DNA of 64,000 nt from Bacteroidota bacterium (GCA_043800695.1 JAZDMU010000002.1:126903-190902); one strand, 5' to 3'. Positions 1 through 10,298 are shown, numbered from the stretch's first letter. The notes: generated from the sequence alone by a model not told the origin. Made by a program: numbers and translations.

Positions 1-1
1 G

Positions 2-277
2 AACATTTACTGGGGCGGAGATATTGACTTTATAAGGGGGCTTATCAGGAAAGGAAAGCTTGACAATACCCAGATAAGGTTTTTCCTGGGTTATTCAGGC
101 TGGTCAGCCGGACAGCTTGAACGCGAGCTTAAGGAGAACTCATGGGTTATTGCAAAGGTAAAAACAGATATCGTTCTGAATAATCCGGTCGATAACACCT
201 GGAAAAAAGTTCTCAGGGGACTGAATAGCAAATACCGGATGTGGGCCGATTTTCCGGAGTCGCCGGATATGAACTAA
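2..277 (+). CDS. YqgE/AlgH-family (UPF0301) protein, C-terminal 91 codons; 5' end outside window
   Basis: Frame 2 is open from the window edge to TAA at 275-277. The translation NIYWGGDIDFIRGLIRKGKLDNTQIRFFLGYSGWSAGQLERELKENSWVIAKV... carries the GYxGWxxGQLExEL core typical of this family. It is absent from the ORF track because it has no start codon in the window. Confidence 0.65.
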   Translation, partial: NIYWGGDIDFIRGLIRKGKLDNTQIRFFLGYSGWSAGQLERELKENSWVIAKVKTDIVLNNPVDNTWKKVLRGLNSKYRMWADFPESPDMN

Positions 278-1284
278 AGGTGCAATATCTTGAACACCAG
301 TTCTTTAAGCAGGTCGCCCGGTTCACTGCTAAGATCACCGAAGCCTTTCGATTTCATGTCATAAGTCCTTAACAGGCTGATGATCTGTACCGTTTTTGAA
401 ACGTTGTACTTTGATGCGGCAGCCTCATATTCCCTGACGAAATATGGATTGATCCTGAGCGAGGCGGCCACATTATTCTTTGATTTGTCAGGCAGGTAGT
501 GATAGGTGAGCAGCTTGCTGAAGTAACCGAACAGCGAGGCGATCGAGAGCGTTATCGGGTTATCCTTCGGGTTCTCGGCAAAATGGCGGACAATCATGTT
601 GGCCTTCAGAATGTTCCTTTCTCCTACAGCTTTCTGAAGTTCAAAATTATTGTAGTCCTTGCTTATGCCGATATTCTTTTCGATGAGCAAGGTGGTTATT
701 ACCGGCTTCCCTTCGGGAAGAGTAATTATCAGTTTCTTAAGCTCGTTGGCTATTTTATGCAGATCTGTTCCGAGGTACTCGGTAAGCATAGCGCTGGCAT
801 TAGGGTCGGTTTTTATCCCCTGGGCCATCAGATATCTCTCTATCCATGCCGGTACCTGGTAATCACGAAGCCTGGGTGATTCAAAGTAAACAGCCTGCTT
901 CTCAAGGGCTTTAAAGAATTTTGTCCTTTTATCCAGGTCCTTGTATTTATAATTGATTACAAGGATCGTGGAGAGCAGGGGCTTCTCCAGATAATATATC
1001 AGATCCTCAATTTTTTTTAGTGATTGCGCCTCTCTGACAATAATAACCTGGTGGCTCGACATCATCGGGAATTTCCGTGCTGCGTCAATTATTACAGGGA
1101 TGGTTGTATCCTCACCGTACAGTACAACCTGGTTGAAGGATTTTTCGGCTTCGGGCAGTATCTTTTCTTGAATGTAATCAGTTAAGAGGTCGATATAATA
1201 AGGCTCCTCTCCGGCAAAAAAATAAACCGGTTTGAAGATCCTTTTCTTCAGGTCAGATATTATTTCTTCATATGTTGCTGCCAT
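274..1284 (-). CDS. holA: DNA polymerase III subunit delta
   Basis: 336-aa ORF. The N-terminus ...IFKPVYFFAGEEPYYIDLLTDYI..., length and overall pattern are typical of HolA. It converges on the YqgE-like gene with a 4-nt overlap. Confidence 0.8.
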   Translation of the reverse strand: MAATYEEIISDLKKRIFKPVYFFAGEEPYYIDLLTDYIQEKILPEAEKSFNQVVLYGEDTTIPVIIDAARKFPMMSSHQVIIVREAQSLKKIEDLIYYLEKPLLSTILVINYKYKDLDKRTKFFKALEKQAVYFESPRLRDYQVPAWIERYLMAQGIKTDPNASAMLTEYLGTDLHKIANELKKLIITLPEGKPVITTLLIEKNIGISKDYNNFELQKAVGERNILKANMIVRHFAENPKDNPITLSIASLFGYFSKLLTYHYLPDKSKNNVAASLRINPYFVREYEAAASKYNVSKTVQIISLLRTYDMKSKGFGDLSSEPGDLLKELVFKILHL

Positions 1285-1285
1285 C

Positions 1286-2056
1286 TCAGAACCTCAGGTG
1301 TTTGACAGAAATGGCGTTGTCCTTTATCTCCCTGAGGGCATCGATACCGATCTTAAGATGGGTTTCGGCATATTTTCCTGTCACCCGGCGGTCGCTTGCT
1401 GCTGTTTTGATGCCGGTAGAGATCATCGGCTGGTCGGAAACAAGAAGCAGGGCTCCGGTAGGTATCTCATTGGCAAATCCGACGGTAAAGATCGTAGCTG
1501 TCTCCATGTCAATTGCCATCGCCCTGGTCTTGACAAGGTACTTCTTAAACCGCTCATCATATTCCCAAACTCTCCTGTTTGTTGTGTATACGGTGCCTGT
1601 CCAGTATTCCATCTTGTACCGGATTATCGCTGCCGAAATAGCGCTCTGGAGTTTAAAGGCAGGCAGGGCGGGTACTTCATTGGGAAGATAGTCGTTTGAT
1701 GTCCCATCGCTTCTTATGGCTGCAATGGGAAGTATCAGGTCGCCTACCATGTTCTTCTTCTTCAGTCCGCCGCATTTGCCAAGGAAGAGAACAGCATATG
1801 GATCAACGGCGCTCAGAAGGTCCATGATGGTAGCTGCATTGGGGCTTCCCATTCCAAAGTTGATAATTGTTATTCCGTCTGCAGTGGCGCTGGGCATATT
1901 CCTGTCCTTCCCCTCAATCTCTGCGTTATTCCATTTCGCAAAGAGTTCAACATAGTACATGAAATTCGTAAGAAGAAAATACTTCCCGAACGACTTAAGC
2001 TCTTTACCTGTATATCTCGGCAGCCAGTTATTAACAATCTCCTCTTTGGTTTTCAT
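1286..2056 (-). CDS. amn: AMP nucleosidase-like nucleoside phosphorylase (short Bacteroidota form)
   Basis: 256-aa ORF. The PNP/UDP-1 fold motifs ...ITIINFGMGSPNAATIMDLLSAV...FLGKCGGLKKK...MAIDMETATIF... and the N-terminus resemble the short AMP nucleosidases. Confidence 0.7.
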   Translation of the reverse strand: MKTKEEIVNNWLPRYTGKELKSFGKYFLLTNFMYYVELFAKWNNAEIEGKDRNMPSATADGITIINFGMGSPNAATIMDLLSAVDPYAVLFLGKCGGLKKKNMVGDLILPIAAIRSDGTSNDYLPNEVPALPAFKLQSAISAAIIRYKMEYWTGTVYTTNRRVWEYDERFKKYLVKTRAMAIDMETATIFTVGFANEIPTGALLLVSDQPMISTGIKTAASDRRVTGKYAETHLKIGIDALREIKDNAISVKHLRF

Positions 2057-2073
2057 AATTATTTTTTTTCTTC

Positions 2074-2114
2074 CCTTTGTTCTCTTTATACTTTACCGCA
2101 CGAAGAGCACAAAG
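2074..2114. repeat. Short CACAAAG-word inverted repeat (small copy of the element at 42736-42829)
   Basis: Arms CTTTGTTCTCTT (2076-2087) and AAGAGCACAAAG (2103-2114) are inverted with one mismatch. The 18-mer CGCACGAAGAGCACAAAG at 2097-2114 is identical to 42757-42774. Confidence 0.7.
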
Positions 2115-2160
2115 TAGAGATCATTTGTATTAAATTTACTGCTTTCAAAAGTACAAAACA

Positions 2161-2619
2161 TTGTTGAAACAGTTAAATCTGCCGGAATATTCATTCAGGA
2201 TCAGCGGAGAAGAAGGATCCGAGATGATCTTCGATGCCATAAGGAAGAAATACGTAAGGCTCACTCCCGAAGAGTGGGTGAGGCAGAATTTTGTGCAATA
2301 CCTGATTAATGAGGGGAAGTACCCGCCCGGGCTAATAGGGATAGAAGTGATGTCGCCTTTCAACAACCTGAGAAAGAGAATCGATATCCTGATATATAAC
2401 AGGGCAGGCTTGCCGGTAATGATAATAGAATGCAAAGCACCCGAAGTGCCTGTTGATGATGATGTTTTTGACCAGGCTGTATGCTATAACCTGGGATTCA
2501 GGGTACCATACCTGGTTGTTACGAATGGTATCGTTCACTATGCATGTAAAATTAACCATGAACAGAAGAAATATGACTTTCTTCTCGTGATCCCGCTTTA
2601 TGAAGATATATCGATATGA
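2161..2619 (+). CDS. Type I restriction enzyme HsdR N-terminal domain-containing protein (stand-alone small protein)
   Basis: 152-aa ORF. ...IFDAIRKKYVRLTPEEWVRQNFVQYLI...KRIDILIYN... matches the conserved stand-alone HsdR_N family common in Bacteroidota. There are no hsdM/hsdS/hsdR genes nearby. Confidence 0.7.
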   Translation: MLKQLNLPEYSFRISGEEGSEMIFDAIRKKYVRLTPEEWVRQNFVQYLINEGKYPPGLIGIEVMSPFNNLRKRIDILIYNRAGLPVMIIECKAPEVPVDDDVFDQAVCYNLGFRVPYLVVTNGIVHYACKINHEQKKYDFLLVIPLYEDISI

Positions 2620-3611
2620 TCCGGGTAGCCTGCGCCATAATACGTAATGAGGATAACGAAGTGCTGGTTGTCCAGAGAGGTGAAAAGACAGACCACCCCT
2701 TTAAATGGGAATTTCCCGGAGGTAAGCTTGGCAAAGATGAGACGGAAGAGGAATGCATCATCAGGGAGATCAGGGAGGAGCTTGCGATGGATATCATTAT
2801 ATGCAGCAGGCTTGAACCTGTTGAACATGACTACGGGCATAAAAAAATCCGGCTTATCCCTTTCGTCTGCGATACACTTGAAGAGTTACCGGTTCTTTCC
2901 GAGCATATCGATTTCAGATGGGTGCCGGATGAAAAACTGGGATCTGTCGATCTGTGCGAAGCAGATATAAGGGTTGCCTCAGAATACATGAAACTGACTG
3001 GCAATAAGGTGTTTGTAAAAGAACAGGAAACAGAGGGCGAGCTGTCAGCTGAAGTTGAAGATGAGCTTAAGAAGATGATAAACAACATGATGAGCCTGAA
3101 GGAAGCGGAGTGGGTCGCAAATTCTGCAGGAGAGGACCCTGTCCTGTTCAGGAAACTGCTTGATTATTCATTCAGTTCCGGAATGAAGCTCGCTTTCCGT
3201 GCATCCTGGGCATTGTCAAAAGTAATTGATAAGCACCCCGACCTTATACTACCTTATCTTGACAGGCTGATTGACAGCCTTGACAGCCTGGATAATGAAA
3301 GCACTCAAAGGTCATTCCTGAGGATACTATCTATGACAGACCTTAACCTTGTAAGTCAGAGGCACCAGGGAATTCTGGCCGATCACTGTTTCAGGGCGCT
3401 CAATTCGGGGTTCTCAGCAATCGCCATCAAAGCTTATTCAATGGAGGTAATATACAGACTGGCGTTGATCTATCCTGAACTCGCTCATGAACTGGCGGCA
3501 TCAATAAATCTACTCCAGGGCGAAGGATCTGCAGGTATAAAAGCCAGGGGAAGTATAATACTCAGGAAGCTTATGGACAATAGTCCTGACATGAAAAAAT
3601 CAAAGGAATAA
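2616..3611 (+). CDS. NUDIX hydrolase (MutT-like) fused to a C-terminal ~200-aa helical-repeat domain
   Basis: The N-terminus has the Nudix box GGKLGKDETEEECIIREIREELAMDI. Residues ~140-331 are alpha-helical and repeat-like (…LAFRASWALSKVIDKHPDLILPYLDRLIDSL…). The ATGA start/stop overlap with the upstream ORF lies at 2616-2619. Confidence 0.7.
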   Translation: MIRVACAIIRNEDNEVLVVQRGEKTDHPFKWEFPGGKLGKDETEEECIIREIREELAMDIIICSRLEPVEHDYGHKKIRLIPFVCDTLEELPVLSEHIDFRWVPDEKLGSVDLCEADIRVASEYMKLTGNKVFVKEQETEGELSAEVEDELKKMINNMMSLKEAEWVANSAGEDPVLFRKLLDYSFSSGMKLAFRASWALSKVIDKHPDLILPYLDRLIDSLDSLDNESTQRSFLRILSMTDLNLVSQRHQGILADHCFRALNSGFSAIAIKAYSMEVIYRLALIYPELAHELAASINLLQGEGSAGIKARGSIILRKLMDNSPDMKKSKE

Positions 3612-3781
3612 TCAGCTCCTTGGGCAGGTTCTGCCTGTGCATCTGTTCCTTTATGATCATTTCTGCAGGTTTTCCGGCTAGGATCTCATTATTTTGTAAC
3701 AATAACTTAACAATTTCCGGCCGGTTAAAACCCCCGGATCAGGTAATTTCGCGCTGTCAACAGAATTTTACCTGACAAATA

Positions 3782-4768
3782 ATGACATTTCTCGTTGTTG
3801 TAATAGCACTCGTTCTCATCTTTGACTTCATCAACGGATTTCACGATTCAGCCAATTCAATAGCGACAGTTGTTTCAACAAAAGTGCTTTCACCCTTTTC
3901 AGCAGTGATTCTTGCTGCAACATTCAATTTTGTTGCATTCCTGGTATTTGAGCTTGATGTTGCAAAAACAATTGGTAAAAATGTTATTAACCAGGACATA
4001 ATTACCATGAATCTTATAGCAGCGGCTGTTGTTGCAGCTATCATATGGAATCTCCTGACATGGTGGTGGGGCCTTCCTTCCAGCTCCTCCCATACTCTGG
4101 TCGGTGGTCTGATTGGTGCTGCAGTGGCAGGAAGTGGTTGGGATTCAGTCATTTATTCGGGTGTGGCAAAAATAGGAATGTTTATAGTTATTGCGCCTCT
4201 CCTTGGATTTATAATGGCTTATATAATTTCGGTGATCGTTCTCCACATTGTAAAGAACCAGACACCTTCAGGCGTTGATAAATGGTTTCGAAGATTACAG
4301 CTTGTATCAGCATCAGCCTTCAGTCTGGGTCATGGCGGGAATGATGCCCAGAAGTCAATGGGAATAATCTGGGTGGCACTCATGGCAACCGGGAAGATCG
4401 CAAAGGATGCACCTATTGACCTCTGGATCGTCCTCTCATGCCATGCAGCTATTGCCCTCGGGACTCTTTTCGGAGGTTGGAGGATAGTCAAAACAATGGG
4501 GCAGAAAATAACCAAGCTTAAACCGTTTGAAGGTTTCTGCGCGGAGACTGCCGGAGCATTGACTCTCTTTGGTGCCACAAACCTGGGCATTCCTGTAAGT
4601 ACAACTCATACAATCACAGGTTCAATAATGGGTGTTGGTGCTACAAAAAGACTTACTGCTGTAAGATGGGGTGTTTCGGGCAAGATATTCATCGCCTGGC
4701 TGCTTACCATTCCTGTGTCAGCAGTCATTGGAGCTTTAATGTACTACTTCTTCAGCGCAATTTTTTAA
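3782..4768 (+). CDS. Inorganic phosphate transporter, PiT family
   Basis: 328-aa polytopic membrane ORF with the duplicated PiT signature (NGFHDSANSIATVVSTKVL ... GHGGNDAQKSMGII). Confidence 0.85.
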   Translation: MTFLVVVIALVLIFDFINGFHDSANSIATVVSTKVLSPFSAVILAATFNFVAFLVFELDVAKTIGKNVINQDIITMNLIAAAVVAAIIWNLLTWWWGLPSSSSHTLVGGLIGAAVAGSGWDSVIYSGVAKIGMFIVIAPLLGFIMAYIISVIVLHIVKNQTPSGVDKWFRRLQLVSASAFSLGHGGNDAQKSMGIIWVALMATGKIAKDAPIDLWIVLSCHAAIALGTLFGGWRIVKTMGQKITKLKPFEGFCAETAGALTLFGATNLGIPVSTTHTITGSIMGVGATKRLTAVRWGVSGKIFIAWLLTIPVSAVIGALMYYFFSAIF

Positions 4769-4778
4769 GACCCCGAGC

Positions 4779-6551
4779 TCAGTTTTTAGGAAGCGAAAAG
4801 AGAAATTCGGTTCCTCCACCTGCTTTATTTCTCACTAGTATCTCACCTTTATGGAGGAGGACAGCATTTTTAACAATTGCCAGTCCGAGTCCGGTTCCCC
4901 CGCTCTTTCTCGACCTGCCCGAGTCAACCCTGTAAAAACGCTCAAAAACCCTGTTCAGATGCTCCTGGGGGATGCCTACCCCATTATCGGAAAAGGAGAA
5001 ATGATAGAATTTCTTATCTTCATTATAAACGATGATGCTTACATTAGCATTGTCGCCGGCATAATTCACTGAGTTCTCCAGAAGATTCTGAAATATTGAA
5101 AGGATCAGCGATTTGTTGCCTCTGACAACTACGTCCTCATTGATATCCGTAATAATTACCATATGCCTTGATTCAATGGCAGATTTGAAGTTTTCCCTCA
5201 CCTCCTTCACTATCTTCCTTATCTTTACTTTCTCAGCCTGAAAGGATGCACCTGCCTCCTCAATCCTGTTCAGTACCGAGATGTCATTGATCAGTTCAGT
5301 GAGCCTGTCAGTCTGTGCCATTGCCTTCTCAAGGAAGTATTTCTGCTTTTTAGGCTCTATTTCATCATCATGCAGAAGTGTTTCAATGTATCCTTTTATT
5401 GACGACACGGGCGTTTTCAGCTCATGGGCTATGTTTGAGGTCATCTGCTGCTTGATAAGTTTGTTCTTGCTCATCTTTGTCACATCGCTCAGGATCACCT
5501 CGAAGCTTTTATCGTTAAAGATCACGCACTGGACCCTGAAAAACCGTCCGTCCTTGGTTACCTGGTATTCAGTCATCGGAAGATCAGAACCTGATTGTAC
5601 ATTACCCGGATTTTTATCAATAAAGTCAATCAGATCACCGAATTCAGGGATATCAAAAAAGTTGGATGAGAAGATCTTAAGATCCCCTGAGATCATATTC
5701 ATAAACTGAATGAAGTGATCATTATTGAAATTGATCTTCTTATCGGGAGAAAAGAATGCAACGCCTTCATTAAGTGCATTGAGATGTTTTACAAGCTTCT
5801 CTTTCTCATTTACCAGGTCGTTCTTTGCCGCCAGGAGATTGTTATAGATATCAAGTATCTCAGCACCAATTATCCCGAGCTCATTCTTTGGAAATTCTGA
5901 AACAAAGGGTTTGTCATGCGTGACACTCACGGCAAAATCCCTCAGCCTTGTGACCGACTCCCCGAATTTGTTGGTAACGATAAGAAGAACGACTCCTACG
6001 ATTATAAAAAGGAGAAGAAGGATGAAAAGAAAATTGAGATTGGCCTTCAGGAAGTTTGCAATGTTTACATCATATACCACTGCAGCCCTTATATAATAAA
6101 GGGCATAGAATTTAGAAAAATAATAAAAGTCCTGGCCGGTAGTTCCCGAGCGTCTCACTGCCGTACCGAAGTCTGACTTCCCTGATTCAATTATCTCAGG
6201 CCGTGATATATGGTTCTCCATTTTTTCATAGTCGGGCACCGAACTGTCGTACAGCACATTGCCGGCTGTATCAATTATTGAGACCCGGAGGTTCGGGAGG
6301 GGAAGAAGTGCGTAGAGCGAATCGATCAGATGGTAATTGCCGCTCTGGTTAATTGAGTTTATATTAATGTAATTATCAACTATTTTGGTTATGTTGTTGA
6401 GTTCATCATTGAGTGTAAGGATCCGGTAATCCTTTTCACGGCGGAAAAGATAAGATATGATGAGTACTGCAACAACAAAGAAAATCGCAGAATAAAAGAA
6501 CAGCAGGTTATTCCTGAACTTATTCCGTGTAAATACCATTTTGAACTTCAT
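4779..6551 (-). CDS. Sensor histidine kinase (PhoR-like architecture)
   Basis: 590 aa with an N-terminal TM segment, an extracytoplasmic region and a second TM. It has the H-box [21 protein letters not shown] and HATPase G-boxes ([18 protein letters not shown]). Confidence 0.85.
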   Translation of the reverse strand: MKFKMVFTRNKFRNNLLFFYSAIFFVVAVLIISYLFRREKDYRILTLNDELNNITKIVDNYININSINQSGNYHLIDSLYALLPLPNLRVSIIDTAGNVLYDSSVPDYEKMENHISRPEIIESGKSDFGTAVRRSGTTGQDFYYFSKFYALYYIRAAVVYDVNIANFLKANLNFLFILLLLFIIVGVVLLIVTNKFGESVTRLRDFAVSVTHDKPFVSEFPKNELGIIGAEILDIYNNLLAAKNDLVNEKEKLVKHLNALNEGVAFFSPDKKINFNNDHFIQFMNMISGDLKIFSSNFFDIPEFGDLIDFIDKNPGNVQSGSDLPMTEYQVTKDGRFFRVQCVIFNDKSFEVILSDVTKMSKNKLIKQQMTSNIAHELKTPVSSIKGYIETLLHDDEIEPKKQKYFLEKAMAQTDRLTELINDISVLNRIEEAGASFQAEKVKIRKIVKEVRENFKSAIESRHMVIITDINEDVVVRGNKSLILSIFQNLLENSVNYAGDNANVSIIVYNEDKKFYHFSFSDNGVGIPQEHLNRVFERFYRVDSGRSRKSGGTGLGLAIVKNAVLLHKGEILVRNKAGGGTEFLFSLPKN

Positions 6552-6553
6552 TT

Positions 6554-7240
6554 TCAGAATTCAAAAAAATAACCGTAGCCCGATTTGTTCTTAAGGTTTT
6601 GCCCGAATGGTCCCAGCTTGCTCCGCAGCCGTGTGATATTGACATCCACGGTCCTGTCTGTTACAATAACATCATCCCCCCATACTCTTGCGAGTATATC
6701 CTCTCTTGAAAATACTTTCGACTGGTTCTCAAGGATCAGTTTCAGGATCTCATACTCTTTCCTGGTAAGCTCAATTTTTTCGTCATTGATAATGAGCCTC
6801 TTTTTCAGAGTATCAAGCTCAAGTGCTCCGTATTTTAATATCGAGAGGTTCTTTGCTTTCTCCTTCTGGGATCTCTTCAGAACAGCCTTTACCCTGGCAG
6901 TCAACTCATTGATTGAAAACGGCTTCGCTATATAGTCATCAGCGCCAAGACTGAATCCGGTAAGTATGTCATTTTCCTTGTCCTTTGCCGTAAGAAAGAT
7001 TACCGGTACGCTCATGCTCAGTTCATTCCTCAGCTTATCTGCAAACCTGAATCCCGACATGGGACCCATCATTACATCCAGTAGTATAAGGTCAAAACCC
7101 GCAATATCCCTTTTTTCTGCCTCTTCGGCAGAATGGGCTACTTCTGTTATGTATCCTGCGTTACCGAGGTTGTACTGAAGAATTTCGCAGAGGTCCTCCT
7201 CATCATCAACAATCAGTATTCTTTTATTCTTTAGTTCCAT
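6554..7240 (-). CDS. Response regulator, OmpR/PhoB winged-helix family
   Basis: 228 aa with a receiver domain ([10 protein letters not shown]...[10 protein letters not shown]-like...LTAKD) and a C-terminal trans_reg_C domain ([13 protein letters not shown]...VWG...[14 protein letters not shown]). It lies 2 nt upstream of the kinase. Confidence 0.9.
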   Translation of the reverse strand: MELKNKRILIVDDEEDLCEILQYNLGNAGYITEVAHSAEEAEKRDIAGFDLILLDVMMGPMSGFRFADKLRNELSMSVPVIFLTAKDKENDILTGFSLGADDYIAKPFSINELTARVKAVLKRSQKEKAKNLSILKYGALELDTLKKRLIINDEKIELTRKEYEILKLILENQSKVFSREDILARVWGDDVIVTDRTVDVNITRLRSKLGPFGQNLKNKSGYGYFFEF

Positions 7241-7299
7241 TTCTTATTTACTTAAGCAATAAGTTTTCAGGACTTATGTAAAGGTAATTGCATTTTCGG

Positions 7300-7348
7300 A
7301 TAAAAAGAAATGCCCGCTGCTGCCAGTAACCATGGCCTGCGGGCATTT
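7300..7348 (-). terminator. Hairpin plus T-run downstream of the 965-aa TonB-dependent receptor
   Basis: 10-bp perfect stem AAATGCCCGC (7308-7317) / GCGGGCATTT (7339-7348). On the minus strand it is followed by TTCTTTTTAT. Confidence 0.5.
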
Positions 7349-7374
7349 CCAGTCATAACGCGCAAAAAACCAAC

Positions 7375-10272
7375 CTAAAATAAGGCATAGCTTAATTTTA
7401 AGTGGTATGTGATACCTGGTTCGAGTTTCGTAAAGAACTGGTCTGTAGGGTTGAAAGACCTGAAGACAGACTCTTTTTTATCGTTAAGGATATTGTCAAT
7501 TTTAAAACTGATCTGCGTTCTTTTTTCCTTGCCCAGGCTCTTGCCTGCATTGAAGTTAAGGCTGTGGAATGGTAATGTATAAATATCCGGACGGTCGGCA
7601 ATTCCGACATACTGAAGCGTTGTCCCCTGAACGTTATAATAGAGGCCTGCCTCAAATCCTGACCAGAAGCCGTGATCGCCGCCGTTATAGGTGATACCGC
7701 TGTTGATTATCCAGGGGGACTGGCCGGCCATCTCCCTGTTCCTGCCGATCGTTTCTCCGGTCCGGGCATTTTCAATTTTTGAATAAAATTCTGTAAGGCT
7801 CAGTTCAATGCGCGACTTTGTGAATGATAAGTTTGATGCAATGCTTATATTTTTAAATCCGTCCCATACTTCTTTAAGATCCTGGCGGAACTCTATTTCT
7901 GTTCCAAGTACCTGGCCGTTGCCGACATTCCTTGGCTGAAAGCATCCAGTCTGTGAAGCATACTGAACTATTTCTATCGGCCTGATAAAATACTTGTAAA
8001 AGCCGCTTACAGAGAACATCTGCCCGTTCTTTCGGAATATCTCCCATCTGATATCAACATTATGAATATCAGAACTCTCCAGGTTGCCGTTCCAGTATTC
8101 CCTTTTTGCCACATCGTCAGCATCCCTGAACATTCCTCCCACAAAGGTTCTGCCGCTTATCGGATCAGCTATCTCGGCAAAAGAGAGCTCCTTAAACGAG
8201 GGTCTTGCTATTGTTTTTGCATAAGATACCCGAATGTTCTGATTGGCCGTAATGCTGTAAATAAAATTAATTGAAGGGAATATTCCCAGGTCATCCAGTA
8301 CCTTTTCATTATCGAGGATTATTGTACCAAGCTGATTCTGACCTGTATAACGCTGAGTATATTTTTCAGCCCTTACTCCCAGAATTGCCTTCAGTCCCCT
8401 GAACAGGGTAAGCTCTGTAGAGACATATCCGGCAGCATTGCCTGAACTGGCATTAAACTTGTTGGGATTGGTTGGTACAAATCCTGCTTCATAGGTGGTT
8501 CCGCTGAAATAACCCGTGCCATTAAGAGGCCATAAATTCTCCGGCTTAAAAAGTTCATCCGGATCACCGGTAAGTGGAACATTACGGATGTTGAAGGCGA
8601 ACTTGTTTATTTCAAAATCACGCTCCTTATAACCATATGACCCTCCGAAATTCAATTTCGATTTTTCACCCCTGAAGTCGAATTCTTTAGATGCATGGAC
8701 AACCCCGGCAAGGTTTATCTCTGACAGTTCACGCCATATCCTTTCAGGAAAACCCGATTCGGTATTTATCCTGAAATCATTATTGTCGGTCACATATCTG
8801 GCAAACCGAGCATCCGGATCGCTGATCGACGAGATTGTCGGGGACAATTTCCATACAAGCTCCCATTTTGAACCGCTGAACGAGTGCTTCCCGTCAATAA
8901 GCAGATTCGTGAGTGAACGCTGACTGTATTCAAGGTTATGCTGATAACCGGTAAAGATGCTTCCCTGGTCAGATCCTTCATAATCGAAAATACCGGCTTT
9001 TGATTCACCATTCTGGAGATGGATGATATTAATGCGGTATTTTGAGCTTTTGGTCTTCACGGCAAAACCGGCCAGCCCGCTCAACAGTACGCTTTCGACT
9101 CCAAAATCGCCGACCTGGAATTCCCTCACTTCGAGTTCAGTGATCTCAGGATCACTTGAAAGCCCGTAGCGTCCATATTCTGCGTTCCTGTAAAACTCGG
9201 TATTGCTTTTATATGAAAATCCGAAATTATAGCCAAGTGTTACCTTTTGAAGAGGTATCTGGTTTCCAAAGGAAGTTCCGAAGTTGTAATCCATAAAGCT
9301 CATCTGCTTTACGGCAGCCATCGTCGGGTTAAAGCTTTCAAGAACCTGCCTGTAACGCTGACCCTGTTCCCCGGTAGGATTGCTTAAAACGGATGCAAAG
9401 AAAGGAAGATCTGTGGTGGCGGGAATTGCCCTGGTCCCATTATCAAACCCTAGAAAATCTGTATTGCCTCCTTCATAGGTCAGAAAATCATTCTTAAAAT
9501 GGAAATCTGGATTGTAACTTGTGCTGAATGAGAGGTTTCCTTTTTTCTGGTCAGGAAAGTCCTTGATCGCGATATCAATAACACCTCCTGTAAAATCAGC
9601 CGGAAGCTCTGCTGTGAATGACTTATAAACAATAATATTGTCAATAATGTTTGTCGGGAATATGTCCATCTGCATCGTGTTGCGGTCGGGATCAAGCCCG
9701 GGGATATCCACTCCGTTCAGGATGGTTTTTGTATACCTGTCACCCAATCCTCTTACAAAGACATATTTGCCTCCCTCAACCGAAACACCGGTAATGCGCT
9801 TCATTGATGCTGCGGCATCAGAGTCTCCCATTCTCCTGAAGTTGACGGCGGAAATACCGTCCATCAGGCTCGGCGATTTCATCTTTATTGTTGTAATGGC
9901 ATTCTCCGTATTTCTTGTCATTTCAGCAGATACGGTAACTTCCGAGAGACCGATGACTGATGATTTAAGCATGACATTATCCAGTAGAGTAACCTCTCCT
10001 GATTTTACTTTTATGCCGCTGATGACTTTCGTTTCGAATGAGATGAATGAAAGCCTCAGGTTATAAGTTCCCGGAGCCAGTGAAAGGTTGAATTTCCCGT
10101 CAAGATCCGTTGTTATACCCTGGGTTGTACCCTCTGCAATTACAGTTACACTTATCATGGGTTCCCCGGTTGATTCATCTGAAACCGAACCCCTGATCAT
10201 CCCGTTTTGTGCTTTTAGTTGTGTGGTTGCAGTTAATAAAAGAACAATTGAAAGAAGTTTTAAAATGCGCAT
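7375..10272 (-). CDS. TonB-dependent receptor with N-terminal carboxypeptidase-regulatory-like domain
   Basis: 965 aa with a signal peptide and a CarbopepD_reg-like start (IRGSVSDESTGEPMISVTVIAEGT...). It has a plug region (…GVSVEGGKYVFVRGLGDRYTKTILNG…) and a C-terminal beta-barrel ending in ...LKLSYALF. Confidence 0.85.
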   Translation of the reverse strand: MRILKLLSIVLLLTATTQLKAQNGMIRGSVSDESTGEPMISVTVIAEGTTQGITTDLDGKFNLSLAPGTYNLRLSFISFETKVISGIKVKSGEVTLLDNVMLKSSVIGLSEVTVSAEMTRNTENAITTIKMKSPSLMDGISAVNFRRMGDSDAAASMKRITGVSVEGGKYVFVRGLGDRYTKTILNGVDIPGLDPDRNTMQMDIFPTNIIDNIIVYKSFTAELPADFTGGVIDIAIKDFPDQKKGNLSFSTSYNPDFHFKNDFLTYEGGNTDFLGFDNGTRAIPATTDLPFFASVLSNPTGEQGQRYRQVLESFNPTMAAVKQMSFMDYNFGTSFGNQIPLQKVTLGYNFGFSYKSNTEFYRNAEYGRYGLSSDPEITELEVREFQVGDFGVESVLLSGLAGFAVKTKSSKYRINIIHLQNGESKAGIFDYEGSDQGSIFTGYQHNLEYSQRSLTNLLIDGKHSFSGSKWELVWKLSPTISSISDPDARFARYVTDNNDFRINTESGFPERIWRELSEINLAGVVHASKEFDFRGEKSKLNFGGSYGYKERDFEINKFAFNIRNVPLTGDPDELFKPENLWPLNGTGYFSGTTYEAGFVPTNPNKFNASSGNAAGYVSTELTLFRGLKAILGVRAEKYTQRYTGQNQLGTIILDNEKVLDDLGIFPSINFIYSITANQNIRVSYAKTIARPSFKELSFAEIADPISGRTFVGGMFRDADDVAKREYWNGNLESSDIHNVDIRWEIFRKNGQMFSVSGFYKYFIRPIEIVQYASQTGCFQPRNVGNGQVLGTEIEFRQDLKEVWDGFKNISIASNLSFTKSRIELSLTEFYSKIENARTGETIGRNREMAGQSPWIINSGITYNGGDHGFWSGFEAGLYYNVQGTTLQYVGIADRPDIYTLPFHSLNFNAGKSLGKEKRTQISFKIDNILNDKKESVFRSFNPTDQFFTKLEPGITYHLKLSYALF

Positions 10273-10298
10273 ATCTGACTGTTAAAATTGGTTACTAA

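Noticed and set aside
2161-2619. Type I restriction-modification system, suggested by the HsdR N-terminal domain
   Set aside because: Only the small stand-alone HsdR_N domain is present. There are no helicase/nuclease HsdR body, HsdM or HsdS genes. This family is a widespread housekeeping-like small protein in Bacteroidota.
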